Assembly: GCA_965243025.1 (NCBI GenBank)
Contig: CBDETY010000003.1
Span: forward strand, 2,656,001 to 2,720,000
DNA: 64,000 bases
Direction of reading: 5' to 3'
Source: Candidatus Latescibacterota bacterium
GTDB taxonomy: Bacteria; Latescibacterota; UBA2968; UBA8231
Position 1 is the first letter of the stretch, and the number at the start of each line of letters is the position of its first letter. The notes below the pieces were generated by a model. The model worked only from the letters and a program-made list of their open reading frames with translations, was not told the origin of the DNA and searched no databases. Below, in pieces: positions 20,776 to 29,404 of the stretch. A program made the position numbers and the translations under genes.

Positions 20776-20969
20776 GGCGGTCAGCTCGGGATGGGCATTC
20801 TTCGAGGGATTGAGTCAGATGGCCGCCAACCTAAGCCGCCCCCACGGCCGGGTCAATTGACAGGGAAGCCGGCATTTTGAATGATACTGGGCCGCATCCC
20901 CGGAGGGCGTTGCCCGGCTCGGGCGGCCCCCCGATTGCCCCTGCGAATTCAAAACGGAGTGAGCGAAGC

Positions 20970-21368
20970 ATGACTGCCAGAACCTCCCTGCGACCACCCG
21001 GCTGGACCTGGGCCGCAAACCTCAGCCACGACCTGGGGGTCCAGGTGGGAGACACGATCTGGGTCTCCGGGCAGGTGGCGTTCGACCCCGGGGGCAGCAT
21101 CGTCGGCGGCGACAGCATGCGCGCCCAGGCCGACCAGGTCTTCGCCAACATCGCCGCGGTGCTCGCCGTCGGCGGAGCCACTCTGGACGACGTCGTCAAG
21201 ATCACCGCCTGGCTGACGGACATGGAGCGCTACGGCGAATACAACGACGCCCGCGCCGCCGCCTTTCCCGGGCGCCTGCCGGCTAGCGCGACGGTGATGT
21301 CCCCGCAGCTGGTGGTGCCCGGTCTCCTGGTCGAGGTCGAGGCGGTCGCCGTGGTGGGAACGACGTGA
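20970..21368 (+). CDS. RidA/YjgF/UK114 family protein
   Basis: VSGQVA, DVVKIT, LVEVEAVA. Confidence 0.88.
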   Translation: MTARTSLRPPGWTWAANLSHDLGVQVGDTIWVSGQVAFDPGGSIVGGDSMRAQADQVFANIAAVLAVGGATLDDVVKITAWLTDMERYGEYNDARAAAFPGRLPASATVMSPQLVVPGLLVEVEAVAVVGTT

Positions 21369-21817
21369 TCGAGAGCCTGGTTCCCTGGTACCTCTGGCTG
21401 AAGGCCATCCACTTCATCTCGGTGATCGCCTGGATGGCCGGGCTTCTCTACCTGCCGCGGCTGTTCGTCTACCACACCGGGGTCGCCGTCGACTCCGAGG
21501 CCTACAGCACCTTCGAGACGATGGAGCGCCGCCTGCTCCGGGTCATCGTCAACCCTTCGGGAATCGTCGTTTTCGTCACCGGAATCCTGCTGATCGCCGC
21601 CACCGGCTACGGCGCTCCCGGCACCGGGGGCTGGATGCACCTCAAGCTCCTGCTCGTCCTCGCACTGGGGGGGCTGCACGGCATGATGGCGCGCTACCGC
21701 AAGGACTTCGAGCGCCGGCAGAACAGGCGGACGCAGAAGTTCTACCGCGTCTTCAACGAGATCCCGGCTGTGCTGATGATCGCCATCGTCCTCCTCGCCG
21801 TCCTCAAGCCGTTCTGA
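21365..21817 (+). CDS. hemJ: Protoporphyrinogen IX oxidase HemJ
   Basis: WLKAIHFISVIAWMAGLLYLPRLFVYH, MERRL, WMHLKL, NEIPAV..KPF. Confidence 0.92.
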   Translation: MIESLVPWYLWLKAIHFISVIAWMAGLLYLPRLFVYHTGVAVDSEAYSTFETMERRLLRVIVNPSGIVVFVTGILLIAATGYGAPGTGGWMHLKLLLVLALGGLHGMMARYRKDFERRQNRRTQKFYRVFNEIPAVLMIAIVLLAVLKPF

Positions 21818-21819
21818 CC

Positions 21820-22668
21820 ATGCTGTTCGGAGCCCACCAGTCGATCTCGGGAGGGGTGTTCCGGGCGATCGAGCGCGGCCGTGAGGCCACCTGCGACACC
21901 GTCCAGATCTTCAACAAGTCCAACAACCAGTGGCGCGCCAAGAAGCTGGCCGCCGCCGAGGTCGACCAGTTTCTCGAGGCGATCGAGACCACCGGGATCG
22001 GGGTGGCCTGCTCCCACGACAGCTACCTGATCAACCTCGCCTCGCCCGATCCCGAACTCGAGGAGAAGTCGCTGCGCTCCTTCGTGACCGAGGTTGAACG
22101 CTGCAACCTCCTGCGCATTCCCAACCTCGTCTTTCACCCGGGCTCCCACGTCGGCTCCGGGGTCGAGCCCGGACTCGACCGCATCGCCGCCAACCTCAAC
22201 CGCGTCTTCGAGGAGGTACCTGACAACGAGGTCTGCCTGTGCCTGGAGGCGACTGCCGGGCAGGGCACCAACCTCGGCCACCGCTTCGAGGAGCTCGCCT
22301 GGATCATCGAACGGGTCGACAACGAAGGACAGATGGGGGCCTGCATCGACACCTGCCACCTTTTCGCCGCCGGCTACCCCCTCGCCGATGCCGGTGAGTA
22401 CGCCGCGACCATGGGGCAGTTCGACGAAATCGTCGGCCTCGGGCGGCTGAGGATAATCCACGCCAACGACAGCAAGAGGGAGCTGGGCTCCCGCGTCGAC
22501 CGCCACGAGCATATCGGAGAGGGGGAAATCGGCCTGGAGGGGTTCCGCCACGTCGTCAACGACGAGCGCCTGCAGGAGATCCCGGTGATCATCGAGACCC
22601 CCAAGGGGGAAGACCTGGCCGAGGACGTCGAGAACCTCCGGGTGCTGCGCTCGCTGGTCGCCTCCTAG
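21820..22668 (+). CDS. nfo: Endonuclease IV (AP endonuclease)
   Basis: GAHQSISGG, HDSYLINL, HPGSH, EATAGQG, CIDTCHLFAAGY, HANDS..DRHEHIG, ETP. Confidence 0.96.
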   Translation: MLFGAHQSISGGVFRAIERGREATCDTVQIFNKSNNQWRAKKLAAAEVDQFLEAIETTGIGVACSHDSYLINLASPDPELEEKSLRSFVTEVERCNLLRIPNLVFHPGSHVGSGVEPGLDRIAANLNRVFEEVPDNEVCLCLEATAGQGTNLGHRFEELAWIIERVDNEGQMGACIDTCHLFAAGYPLADAGEYAATMGQFDEIVGLGRLRIIHANDSKRELGSRVDRHEHIGEGEIGLEGFRHVVNDERLQEIPVIIETPKGEDLAEDVENLRVLRSLVAS

Positions 22669-22873
22669 GACTCGGTCATGGGACTCGGGGACCGATCCCG
22701 GGGCATACCTCACACCCGCCGCCGGCAAGCTCCAGTGCCCGCTTTTGTCCTCCGGGTCCGGATGAATCGCCGTGGGCCCTTGTATCGAGCCCACCGGCCG
22801 CTGCTGCGGGTTCGGAGATATCGGCGTGAATCCCGCGGCATCGAGCGCACCGGCGGTTCCCACGTGCTGAAAG

Positions 22874-23572
22874 TCAGGGGCCGCGGAACTCCGCCTTGTT
22901 CCAGTACTTCCCCAGGTTCGTCCTGATCCATTCGAGAGGTGCGGAGCGGAGCGCGTTGAAGCCGCCCCAGGTCCAGCGCTCCGGCAGCCGGCGCCCGATC
23001 AGCCGGCGGATCAGCTTCTGCCGCTCCTCCCCTTCCACGAGCTCGACCTTTCCTCCCAGGCGGACGAGGGCGCGCTCGTAGGCCGAGGTGATCAGGTTGC
23101 TGGCGTGGCGGGCGAGCTTTTCCGGCTGCGTCACCATGACCCGCGGGCAGACCATGCCCCCCTCGCGGATCGCGAACCCCCTGAGCCAGCGCTCCGGGAC
23201 CTCCCCCTCGTGGCGCTCGACCGCCTCGGCAATGGCAGAAGGGGTCATCACCCCGTAGGTGCGGCAGATCAGCGGCCGCACCGGGTAGATCGAGCAGCGG
23301 TTGTCCCCGGCCAGGAACGGGCACCGCCGCGGCCGCTCCTCGGTTGCCGCCAGCAGCTCCTCGCGCTTCTCCCCGGGAAACTTCTCCCCCACCCAGCGGA
23401 CGATGTTGAGGTACTCGGCGCGGTAGAGGGGGAACATGGTCGCGTACCCCTCCTCCATCTCCTTCTCGGTCAGGAAGCAGCATTCCCCGGAACTGGCGCA
23501 GCAGGTCGCCGGCACCTGCTCGTAGAGCTCCCGCAGCTCTTCGGCGAGCTGTTCCCCGTTCAGTCGCTGCAC
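22874..23572 (-). CDS. YkgJ-like cysteine-cluster (CxxCxxCC-type) protein
   Basis: CCASSGECC, CPFL...CSIYPVRPLICRTYG; GTG start after GGAG chosen (ORF is open to 23710). Confidence 0.75.
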   Translation of the reverse strand: MQRLNGEQLAEELRELYEQVPATCCASSGECCFLTEKEMEEGYATMFPLYRAEYLNIVRWVGEKFPGEKREELLAATEERPRRCPFLAGDNRCSIYPVRPLICRTYGVMTPSAIAEAVERHEGEVPERWLRGFAIREGGMVCPRVMVTQPEKLARHASNLITSAYERALVRLGGKVELVEGEERQKLIRRLIGRRLPERWTWGGFNALRSAPLEWIRTNLGKYWNKAEFRGP

Positions 23573-23669
23573 CGGAAGTCTCCCGCTCCCCCGGAGGGGC
23601 TTCCCGGGAGCAGCCGTTGATTCCGGACCGCTGCCCTGCCGGGCGGCAGCCTCCCGAAACCGGGCATGC

Positions 23670-25769
23670 TCAGAACCGGTGCTCCCGCTTCCGCCGCCCC
23701 GCCCCTCCATGCAGGGGGCAGCGCTCGGGCAGGACTCCGTCGGCGATGAACAGCTCCTCCGACTTTCTCGGGCAGTAGCGCGTCGCCAGGCGGTCGCTGT
23801 CCTCGCAGACCTGCAGGGAGGTGACCGACCCTTCGGGGTAATCGAAGCCCTTCCGGCGGCGCTTCCGGTACTCGGGGACGGTGTCGTACACCTCCTTCAT
23901 GAAGTGGGCCCACAAAGGGAGGGCGGCGCGCGATCCCGGCTGCCTCCCGAGAGTCTGGGCCGGGTCGTCCATCCCCACCCAGACCCCGGCTACCAGGTGC
24001 GGGGTAAAGCCGATGAACCACGCATCGGCGTACTCGTTGGTGGTTCCGGTCTTGCCGCCGGCCGGGGAGTGGAAGCCGTAGCGGGTGCGGGCCCCGCGGC
24101 CGGTCCCGCCCACCTCGTCCATGACCGACCGCATCAGGTCCGTCATCAGCACCGCCACCGACGGGCGCAGCACCTCCTTGGCAATCGCCGAGGCCTCGTA
24201 CACGAGGTTGCCCTCGGAATCCTCGATGCGCTCGACGACGACCGGGGGGACGAGCACCCCCTTGTTGGGGAACACGCCGAAGGCGGCGACCAGCTCGAGA
24301 AGGAGGACCTCGCTGGTGCCGACGCCGATCGACTCGAAGGGCCGGATCGGGGTCGTGATCCCCATGTTGCGCGCGTACTGCACGACGCGTTCGGGACCTA
24401 CCTCGATCGCCAGCTTCAGGGCCACGAGGTTGCGCGACTGCTTGAAGGCGTCGCGCAGCGTCATCGGCCCCTTGAACTTGCGGTCGTAGTTCTCTGGATC
24501 CCAGACCTTTCCGGTGACCGGATCGACGATGGTGATGGCGTTGTCCTCGTACACGTCGATGGGGAAGATCCCGTTGTCGAAAGCCGCGGTGTAGACGAAC
24601 GGCTTGAAGGAGGAGCCGGCCTGGCGCAGGGCCTGGGTCGCCCTGTTGAACTCGCTGTCGCTGAAGTCGCGGCCGCCGATCATGGCCAGAACGCGCCCGG
24701 TGGCCAGATCCATGGCCACGAAGGCGGCCTGGACAAGGGCGGAATCCGGCGTTCCCGGGCCGTGGGGCCGGGACCCCATGGACTTGTCGACCCTCTCCTG
24801 CACCTTGCCGATCTCGGTGACGAACAGGGTTTCGGCGATCCGCTGCAGCCGCGAATCGAGGGTGGTGTGCACGGTGAAGCCGTCGCGGTAGAGGGAGCGG
24901 CCGTACTCGCGGTTGAGCTGCTGGCGGACGTGCTCGACGAAGTAGGGGCCCAGGCCGTAGGTCTCGGCGTGCCTCCGCTTGCGCACTTCCACCGGCAGCT
25001 TCTGCAGCCGCAGGGCGTCCTCCTCGGTCAGGTTGCCGGAGCGCATCATCTGCGAGAGCACCTCGTTGCGGCGCCGGGTCGCGCGCTCGGGATCGACCAT
25101 GGGACTGTAGTAGTTGGGGGCCTTCAGCAGCCCGGCGAGAAGGGCGCACTCCTCGACCGCCAGCTGCGCCGGTTCCTTGTCGAAATAGAGGCGCGCCCCG
25201 GACTTGAGGCCGTGCGCGTCGTGCCCGAAGAAGACGGTGTTGAGGTACATCGTCAGGATCTCGCGCTTGGTGTACAGGCGCTCGACGTGAACGGCCGTGA
25301 TCTGCTCGCGGATCTTGCGCGCGTAGGTCGCCATCACCTCTTCGAAAGTGCCGCTGCCGCTCTGGCGGCCGACCTGCCGGTACAGGTTGCGCGCCAGCTG
25401 CTGCGTCAGGGTGCTCGCCCCCTCGGCGGTCGGATCGAGCGAAACGACGTTGGCGTACACCGCTCCGAAGATCCGCCGCAGGTCGATGCCCCAGTGCGAG
25501 TAGAAGCGGCGGTCCTCGATGGCGATCAGGGCCTCTTCCATCCGCTTCGGGATCTCCTCGTACCCCTTGAGCAGCTCGCGGTTCTCCTCGAGGAAGTTGC
25601 GCAGGTGCCGGCCGTCGGCGGAGTAAACCTTGGTGATCCGCTTGGGCTGAAACCGCTCGAGCTCGTCGATGTTGGGGAGATCGTCGCTGAACAGGCTGAC
25701 CGCGGCCGCCAGGGTGATGCCGTACACCGCCGTGCAGGCGATGGCGATCAGCAGCAGGAATTTCAGCAT
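23670..25769 (-). CDS. Class A penicillin-binding protein (PBP1A family)
   Basis: Glycosyltransferase EDRRFYSHWGID, GASTLTQQLARN; transpeptidase SSFK, SRN, KTGT. Confidence 0.95.
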   Translation of the reverse strand: MLKFLLLIAIACTAVYGITLAAAVSLFSDDLPNIDELERFQPKRITKVYSADGRHLRNFLEENRELLKGYEEIPKRMEEALIAIEDRRFYSHWGIDLRRIFGAVYANVVSLDPTAEGASTLTQQLARNLYRQVGRQSGSGTFEEVMATYARKIREQITAVHVERLYTKREILTMYLNTVFFGHDAHGLKSGARLYFDKEPAQLAVEECALLAGLLKAPNYYSPMVDPERATRRRNEVLSQMMRSGNLTEEDALRLQKLPVEVRKRRHAETYGLGPYFVEHVRQQLNREYGRSLYRDGFTVHTTLDSRLQRIAETLFVTEIGKVQERVDKSMGSRPHGPGTPDSALVQAAFVAMDLATGRVLAMIGGRDFSDSEFNRATQALRQAGSSFKPFVYTAAFDNGIFPIDVYEDNAITIVDPVTGKVWDPENYDRKFKGPMTLRDAFKQSRNLVALKLAIEVGPERVVQYARNMGITTPIRPFESIGVGTSEVLLLELVAAFGVFPNKGVLVPPVVVERIEDSEGNLVYEASAIAKEVLRPSVAVLMTDLMRSVMDEVGGTGRGARTRYGFHSPAGGKTGTTNEYADAWFIGFTPHLVAGVWVGMDDPAQTLGRQPGSRAALPLWAHFMKEVYDTVPEYRKRRRKGFDYPEGSVTSLQVCEDSDRLATRYCPRKSEELFIADGVLPERCPLHGGAGRRKREHRF

Positions 25770-25797
25770 CCCCGAAGGTCCTCTCCTCGCCGACCGG

Positions 25798-28700
25798 CTA
25801 CTCGTAGTAGCCGGCGACGCGCCGGGTGTTGTACTCCAGCACGTACTCGACGTGCTCCGGGCTCGCCGGGTAGGACTCGGTCGCCGGGTACGGGTACCTG
25901 CTCATGCCGTGGAACGGCAGCGGCCCGACCGTGAGGGAGGCGGCGCTGTGGAAGTCCATGTCCTTGCCGAAGCCGTCGGAGTAGAACAGGAAGGTCCTGC
26001 TCATGCCCTCGCCCAGCGGCGGAAAGGCGTTCGCGGCGATCTCCATGGTCAGCTCGTCCCCGTGGCCCATGATGACGAAGCGGTCGTCGACCTCTCCCAG
26101 CAGGTCGGACACCGGGCCGAACCGGGTGAAGGCCCCGGCGTGGGTGCCCCAGTCGGTGTAGGGATCGAGACGGTCGTAGTGGTAGCGGAAGGCGAACGTC
26201 CCCTTGATCGAGGTGTGCTCAGGGTAGCCGCGCCAGTGCAGGTCCGCCGCCTCGAAGCCGCGGCGGTGAACGCTGACGTCTGCCTCCGCGATATCCCCGA
26301 CGAGGATCTGGTCGAAGTAGACGGCGGCGGTGGTGGTTATGCGCACCTGCCCGACCCCGGCCGGCAGGGCCCCGGAGAGATCGACCAGCATCCGCTTCGG
26401 CAGTCCCGCGGGGACCCCCATGTCGGCGATGGCGGTGCGCCAGCCGCCGGCCCCGTCGGGAATCTCCAGCCGCGGCGGGGACAGCTGCACCCCGGCCTGG
26501 GCGGCTGCCCAGTTCGAGGTCGAGTGGGCGTAGTCGACCCAGCCGTGGGCAAGCAGCGCCGGGCGCTTCATCCGCGACAGGTCGCCGAGGTCGAGAACCA
26601 GCGAGTACTCGCGGGCGTACCCGTGAATGCGCAGGCGCTCGAAGCCGTCGTACCAGTCGTCGTCGACATGCTCGAGCTGCCCGAGGATGTCGTCGCCGCG
26701 GTCGTCACGGGCGGCCGCGGGCGGCCGCAGCCCGGCCAGGGCGCAGGCCTCGAACTCCGGGTACGGCGGCGCCGACAGGAGCCGCTCGTTCGGGTGCACC
26801 TCGAGGCCGGGGGGATGGTCGACGGCGATCAGCTCGGCGGCGTCGAGGTAGATGATCTCCTCGAGCTGGTTGGCCGCCTGCAGGACGTAGCGGCCTTCCT
26901 TGGGCACCAGCTCCCCGATGCGCACGTACTCGTCGTGGTCGGGGGTGTAGTACTCCCCCGGCGCCGTGAGATAGCCGATGATGCCTCCCCCGAGGAAGTC
27001 GGTAACGAAGCGGAAGCTGCTGCCGTCCCAGGCGTAGAGGATGGGGCAGGAGGTCCCCTTGCGGTTCAGCTCCACGAGGTCGAGCCGCTGCCGCCCCGCC
27101 GTCGCCAGCTCCGTCTGCCGGACCCCGCTCGGCCACAGGATGCGGACGAACTCGACCGAGTCCGCCGCTCCCAGGCCGAAGGTGAGGCTCGACGGCGAGC
27201 GGCTGCCCCCGCGCAGCTCCCGTTTCTGCTGGTGGCTCCGGGTCTTGACCTCCACCTTGGCGCCGAAACCGTCGAGGTTGCTGTTCAGACCGCTGAGGCC
27301 GACGCGGATCCAGCTGCCGCCCGCGGTGGTGTTGGCGTGCAGTTCCCCGTCGGACCAGACGTCGAGATCGCCGTCGCCGTCGAAGTCCTCGAGCAGGACC
27401 AGCCCGGCCGCTCCCGCGGCGCGCAGGGCGGCATCGGCCGGACGGAAGCCGCCCCCGGTGCGCTGCAGGAAGCGGATGCCGCCCTTTCCGAAGGCGACGA
27501 GGTCGAGGTCGCCGTCGTTGTCGACGTCGGCGGCGCGTATGCCGCGGGCCTCCTCCAGAGGCGCTTTCCCCGACTCCCTGCGCTCGAAACCGGGTCTGCC
27601 GCCCCTGTTTTCAAACAGGTGGACTTCTCCACCGGGCGAGACGGAAGCGATATCGATGCGCCCGTCCGGGGACAGGTCGCCGACGCAGATGTCTGCGGTG
27701 GTGCTGCGGCCGCCGGAAAGCCCTCCGAGACCGCGGTCGGCGGCGCGGTCCGAGAAGGTGCCGTCGCGGTTGTTCTCGTAGAGCTCTACCCCGCCGCTGT
27801 CGAGGAGGACGAGGAAGTCGACGTCCCGGTCGTTGTCGAAGTCGGAGAAGACCGCTTCCCGCCCGGGGCCGTCCCCCACCCCGGCCGCCTGCGTGACGTC
27901 TTCGAAGGCGGCGCTGCCGTCGTTGCTCAGCAGGCGCTTGCCCCCGGCTCCCGACTGCAGCAGGTCGAGATCGCCGTCGTGGTCGACGTCGGCAGGCACC
28001 GACCGCGAAAAAGCGCCGCCGAGCGGGATCGACTCCCCGAAGCGGCCGTTGTCGTTGAGGGCTCCGAGACTCGCAGCGGCGCTGATCGCCATGTCGGGGT
28101 CGCCGTCGCCGTCGAAATCGCCGAAGGCAAGGTCGGCGGCATCCTCCACAGGTACCGGGAAGCTCCAGCGGTCGTCGGCGCTCAACCTCTCGCCGTCGCT
28201 GGCCAGCAGGCTGAAACCCGCCGCCTCGGCGACCACCAGGCCGGGCCTGTCCTCGCCTCCGATCCCCGGGACCGCCGCGGCCGCCAGCGGCGGGTCTCCC
28301 GCCGGGGCCTCCTGGCGGAGCTCGAAGGAGACCGCCGCGGCCGGGGCCTCTCGCGTTTCGCCTGCGTAGCTGCCGTCGGCGAGCGCCTCGGCGTACTTCC
28401 CCTGGCCCTGGTAGGAAGAGCTGACTCCCTCGTGTCCGGCGCGGCTGAGCTGGTCGAACTTCTCGAGAGTCCGGCGCCATTCCTCCGTGCGCTGCTGCAG
28501 CCGGAACTGATGGGCCAGGGCGTAGTGGGCGGAAACGCTGTTCGGGTCGAGCTCGATGGCCCGCTCGAACTCCGCGATCGCCTCGTCGCCGCGCTCCAGC
28601 TTCGCGAGGGTGCGGCCGAGGTAGTAGTGCACCAGGGGATCGTCGTCGTCGGCTGCGGCAACCGCCTCGAAGGCCGCCAGGGCGGCCTCGTGCTCCTTGC

Positions 28701-29079
28701 CCTGGGCGTGGAAGATCAGCCCGCGCGTGTAGTGGGCGTGCAGCAGACCGGGGTCGCGCGCCAGAGCTTCGTCCAGGGCCACCAGGGCGGAGTCGTACTT
28801 GCCGAGGCTGAACAGGGCGATCCCGAGATTGGCGCGTGCCAGCGCGTACGTGGGATCCGCCGCCGCGGAGGCGTCGAACTGCTCGCGGCCGCGCACGTAG
28901 TTGTGCTGGTCCATGTAGACGACGCCCTGGTTGTTGTTCCAGCGCGCCTGCAGGCGCTCGGGGGATGGTCCACCCGGCTGGCAGGCCAGCCCGGTGAGGG
29001 CCGACGAGCACAGCACCAGCAGGGCGGCGCTCCGGCACGGTGATTTCTTGACTGGTACGGGCCTCATCTCTACCTTCAT
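25798..29079 (-). CDS. Lipoprotein with TPR repeats, FG-GAP/VCBS repeats and ASPIC/UnbV domain (CRTAC1-like)
   Basis: Lipobox GLA-C; TPRs; repeated DFDGDGDxD; NLDGFGAKVEV...FGLG...WPSG; C-terminal SCPILYAWDG...GFGKDMD domain. Confidence 0.85.
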   Translation of the reverse strand: MKVEMRPVPVKKSPCRSAALLVLCSSALTGLACQPGGPSPERLQARWNNNQGVVYMDQHNYVRGREQFDASAAADPTYALARANLGIALFSLGKYDSALVALDEALARDPGLLHAHYTRGLIFHAQGKEHEAALAAFEAVAAADDDDPLVHYYLGRTLAKLERGDEAIAEFERAIELDPNSVSAHYALAHQFRLQQRTEEWRRTLEKFDQLSRAGHEGVSSSYQGQGKYAEALADGSYAGETREAPAAAVSFELRQEAPAGDPPLAAAAVPGIGGEDRPGLVVAEAAGFSLLASDGERLSADDRWSFPVPVEDAADLAFGDFDGDGDPDMAISAAASLGALNDNGRFGESIPLGGAFSRSVPADVDHDGDLDLLQSGAGGKRLLSNDGSAAFEDVTQAAGVGDGPGREAVFSDFDNDRDVDFLVLLDSGGVELYENNRDGTFSDRAADRGLGGLSGGRSTTADICVGDLSPDGRIDIASVSPGGEVHLFENRGGRPGFERRESGKAPLEEARGIRAADVDNDGDLDLVAFGKGGIRFLQRTGGGFRPADAALRAAGAAGLVLLEDFDGDGDLDVWSDGELHANTTAGGSWIRVGLSGLNSNLDGFGAKVEVKTRSHQQKRELRGGSRSPSSLTFGLGAADSVEFVRILWPSGVRQTELATAGRQRLDLVELNRKGTSCPILYAWDGSSFRFVTDFLGGGIIGYLTAPGEYYTPDHDEYVRIGELVPKEGRYVLQAANQLEEIIYLDAAELIAVDHPPGLEVHPNERLLSAPPYPEFEACALAGLRPPAAARDDRGDDILGQLEHVDDDWYDGFERLRIHGYAREYSLVLDLGDLSRMKRPALLAHGWVDYAHSTSNWAAAQAGVQLSPPRLEIPDGAGGWRTAIADMGVPAGLPKRMLVDLSGALPAGVGQVRITTTAAVYFDQILVGDIAEADVSVHRRGFEAADLHWRGYPEHTSIKGTFAFRYHYDRLDPYTDWGTHAGAFTRFGPVSDLLGEVDDRFVIMGHGDELTMEIAANAFPPLGEGMSRTFLFYSDGFGKDMDFHSAASLTVGPLPFHGMSRYPYPATESYPASPEHVEYVLEYNTRRVAGYYE

Positions 29080-29144
29080 CGCTCCTTTGAATCGCTTGGA
29101 CTGGGGTGTTCGAGCCCCTTTCGGGCGGGGTTGTCGAGTTTCGG

Positions 29145-29220
29145 GCGGGAGTAGCTCAGTTGGTAGAGCCCAACGTTGCCAACGTTGTTGTCGCGGGTTC
29201 GAGTCCCGTCTCCCGCTCCA
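29145..29220 (+). tRNA. tRNA-Gly (GCC)
   Basis: 76 nt; acceptor GCGGGAG/CTCCCGC, D arm GCTC/GAGC, anticodon arm CAACG-TTGCCAA-CGTTG, TTCGA T-loop, encoded CCA. Confidence 0.97.
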
Positions 29221-29335
29221 TCACATTTCACTGAACGGTTGCACTGACCGGGTTTCCCGGCCAGCAGATCAAAAATCGGATGTTGTCGCCTGCGGGCAAT
29301 CTGCCCCGGGGCAGGCGGCAGCCGAACGAGAACCG

Positions 29336-29370
29336 ACCCGGCCCGGGTTTTGCGGCCGGGTTTCTTTTTT
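29336..29370 (+). terminator. Intrinsic terminator downstream of tRNA-Gly (possibly bidirectional)
   Basis: acccggcc...ggccgggt stem followed by TTCTTTTTT. Confidence 0.65.
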
Positions 29371-29404
29371 GCACCCCCGGCCTCCCCGCCGGCGGGGCTC
29401 CGCC

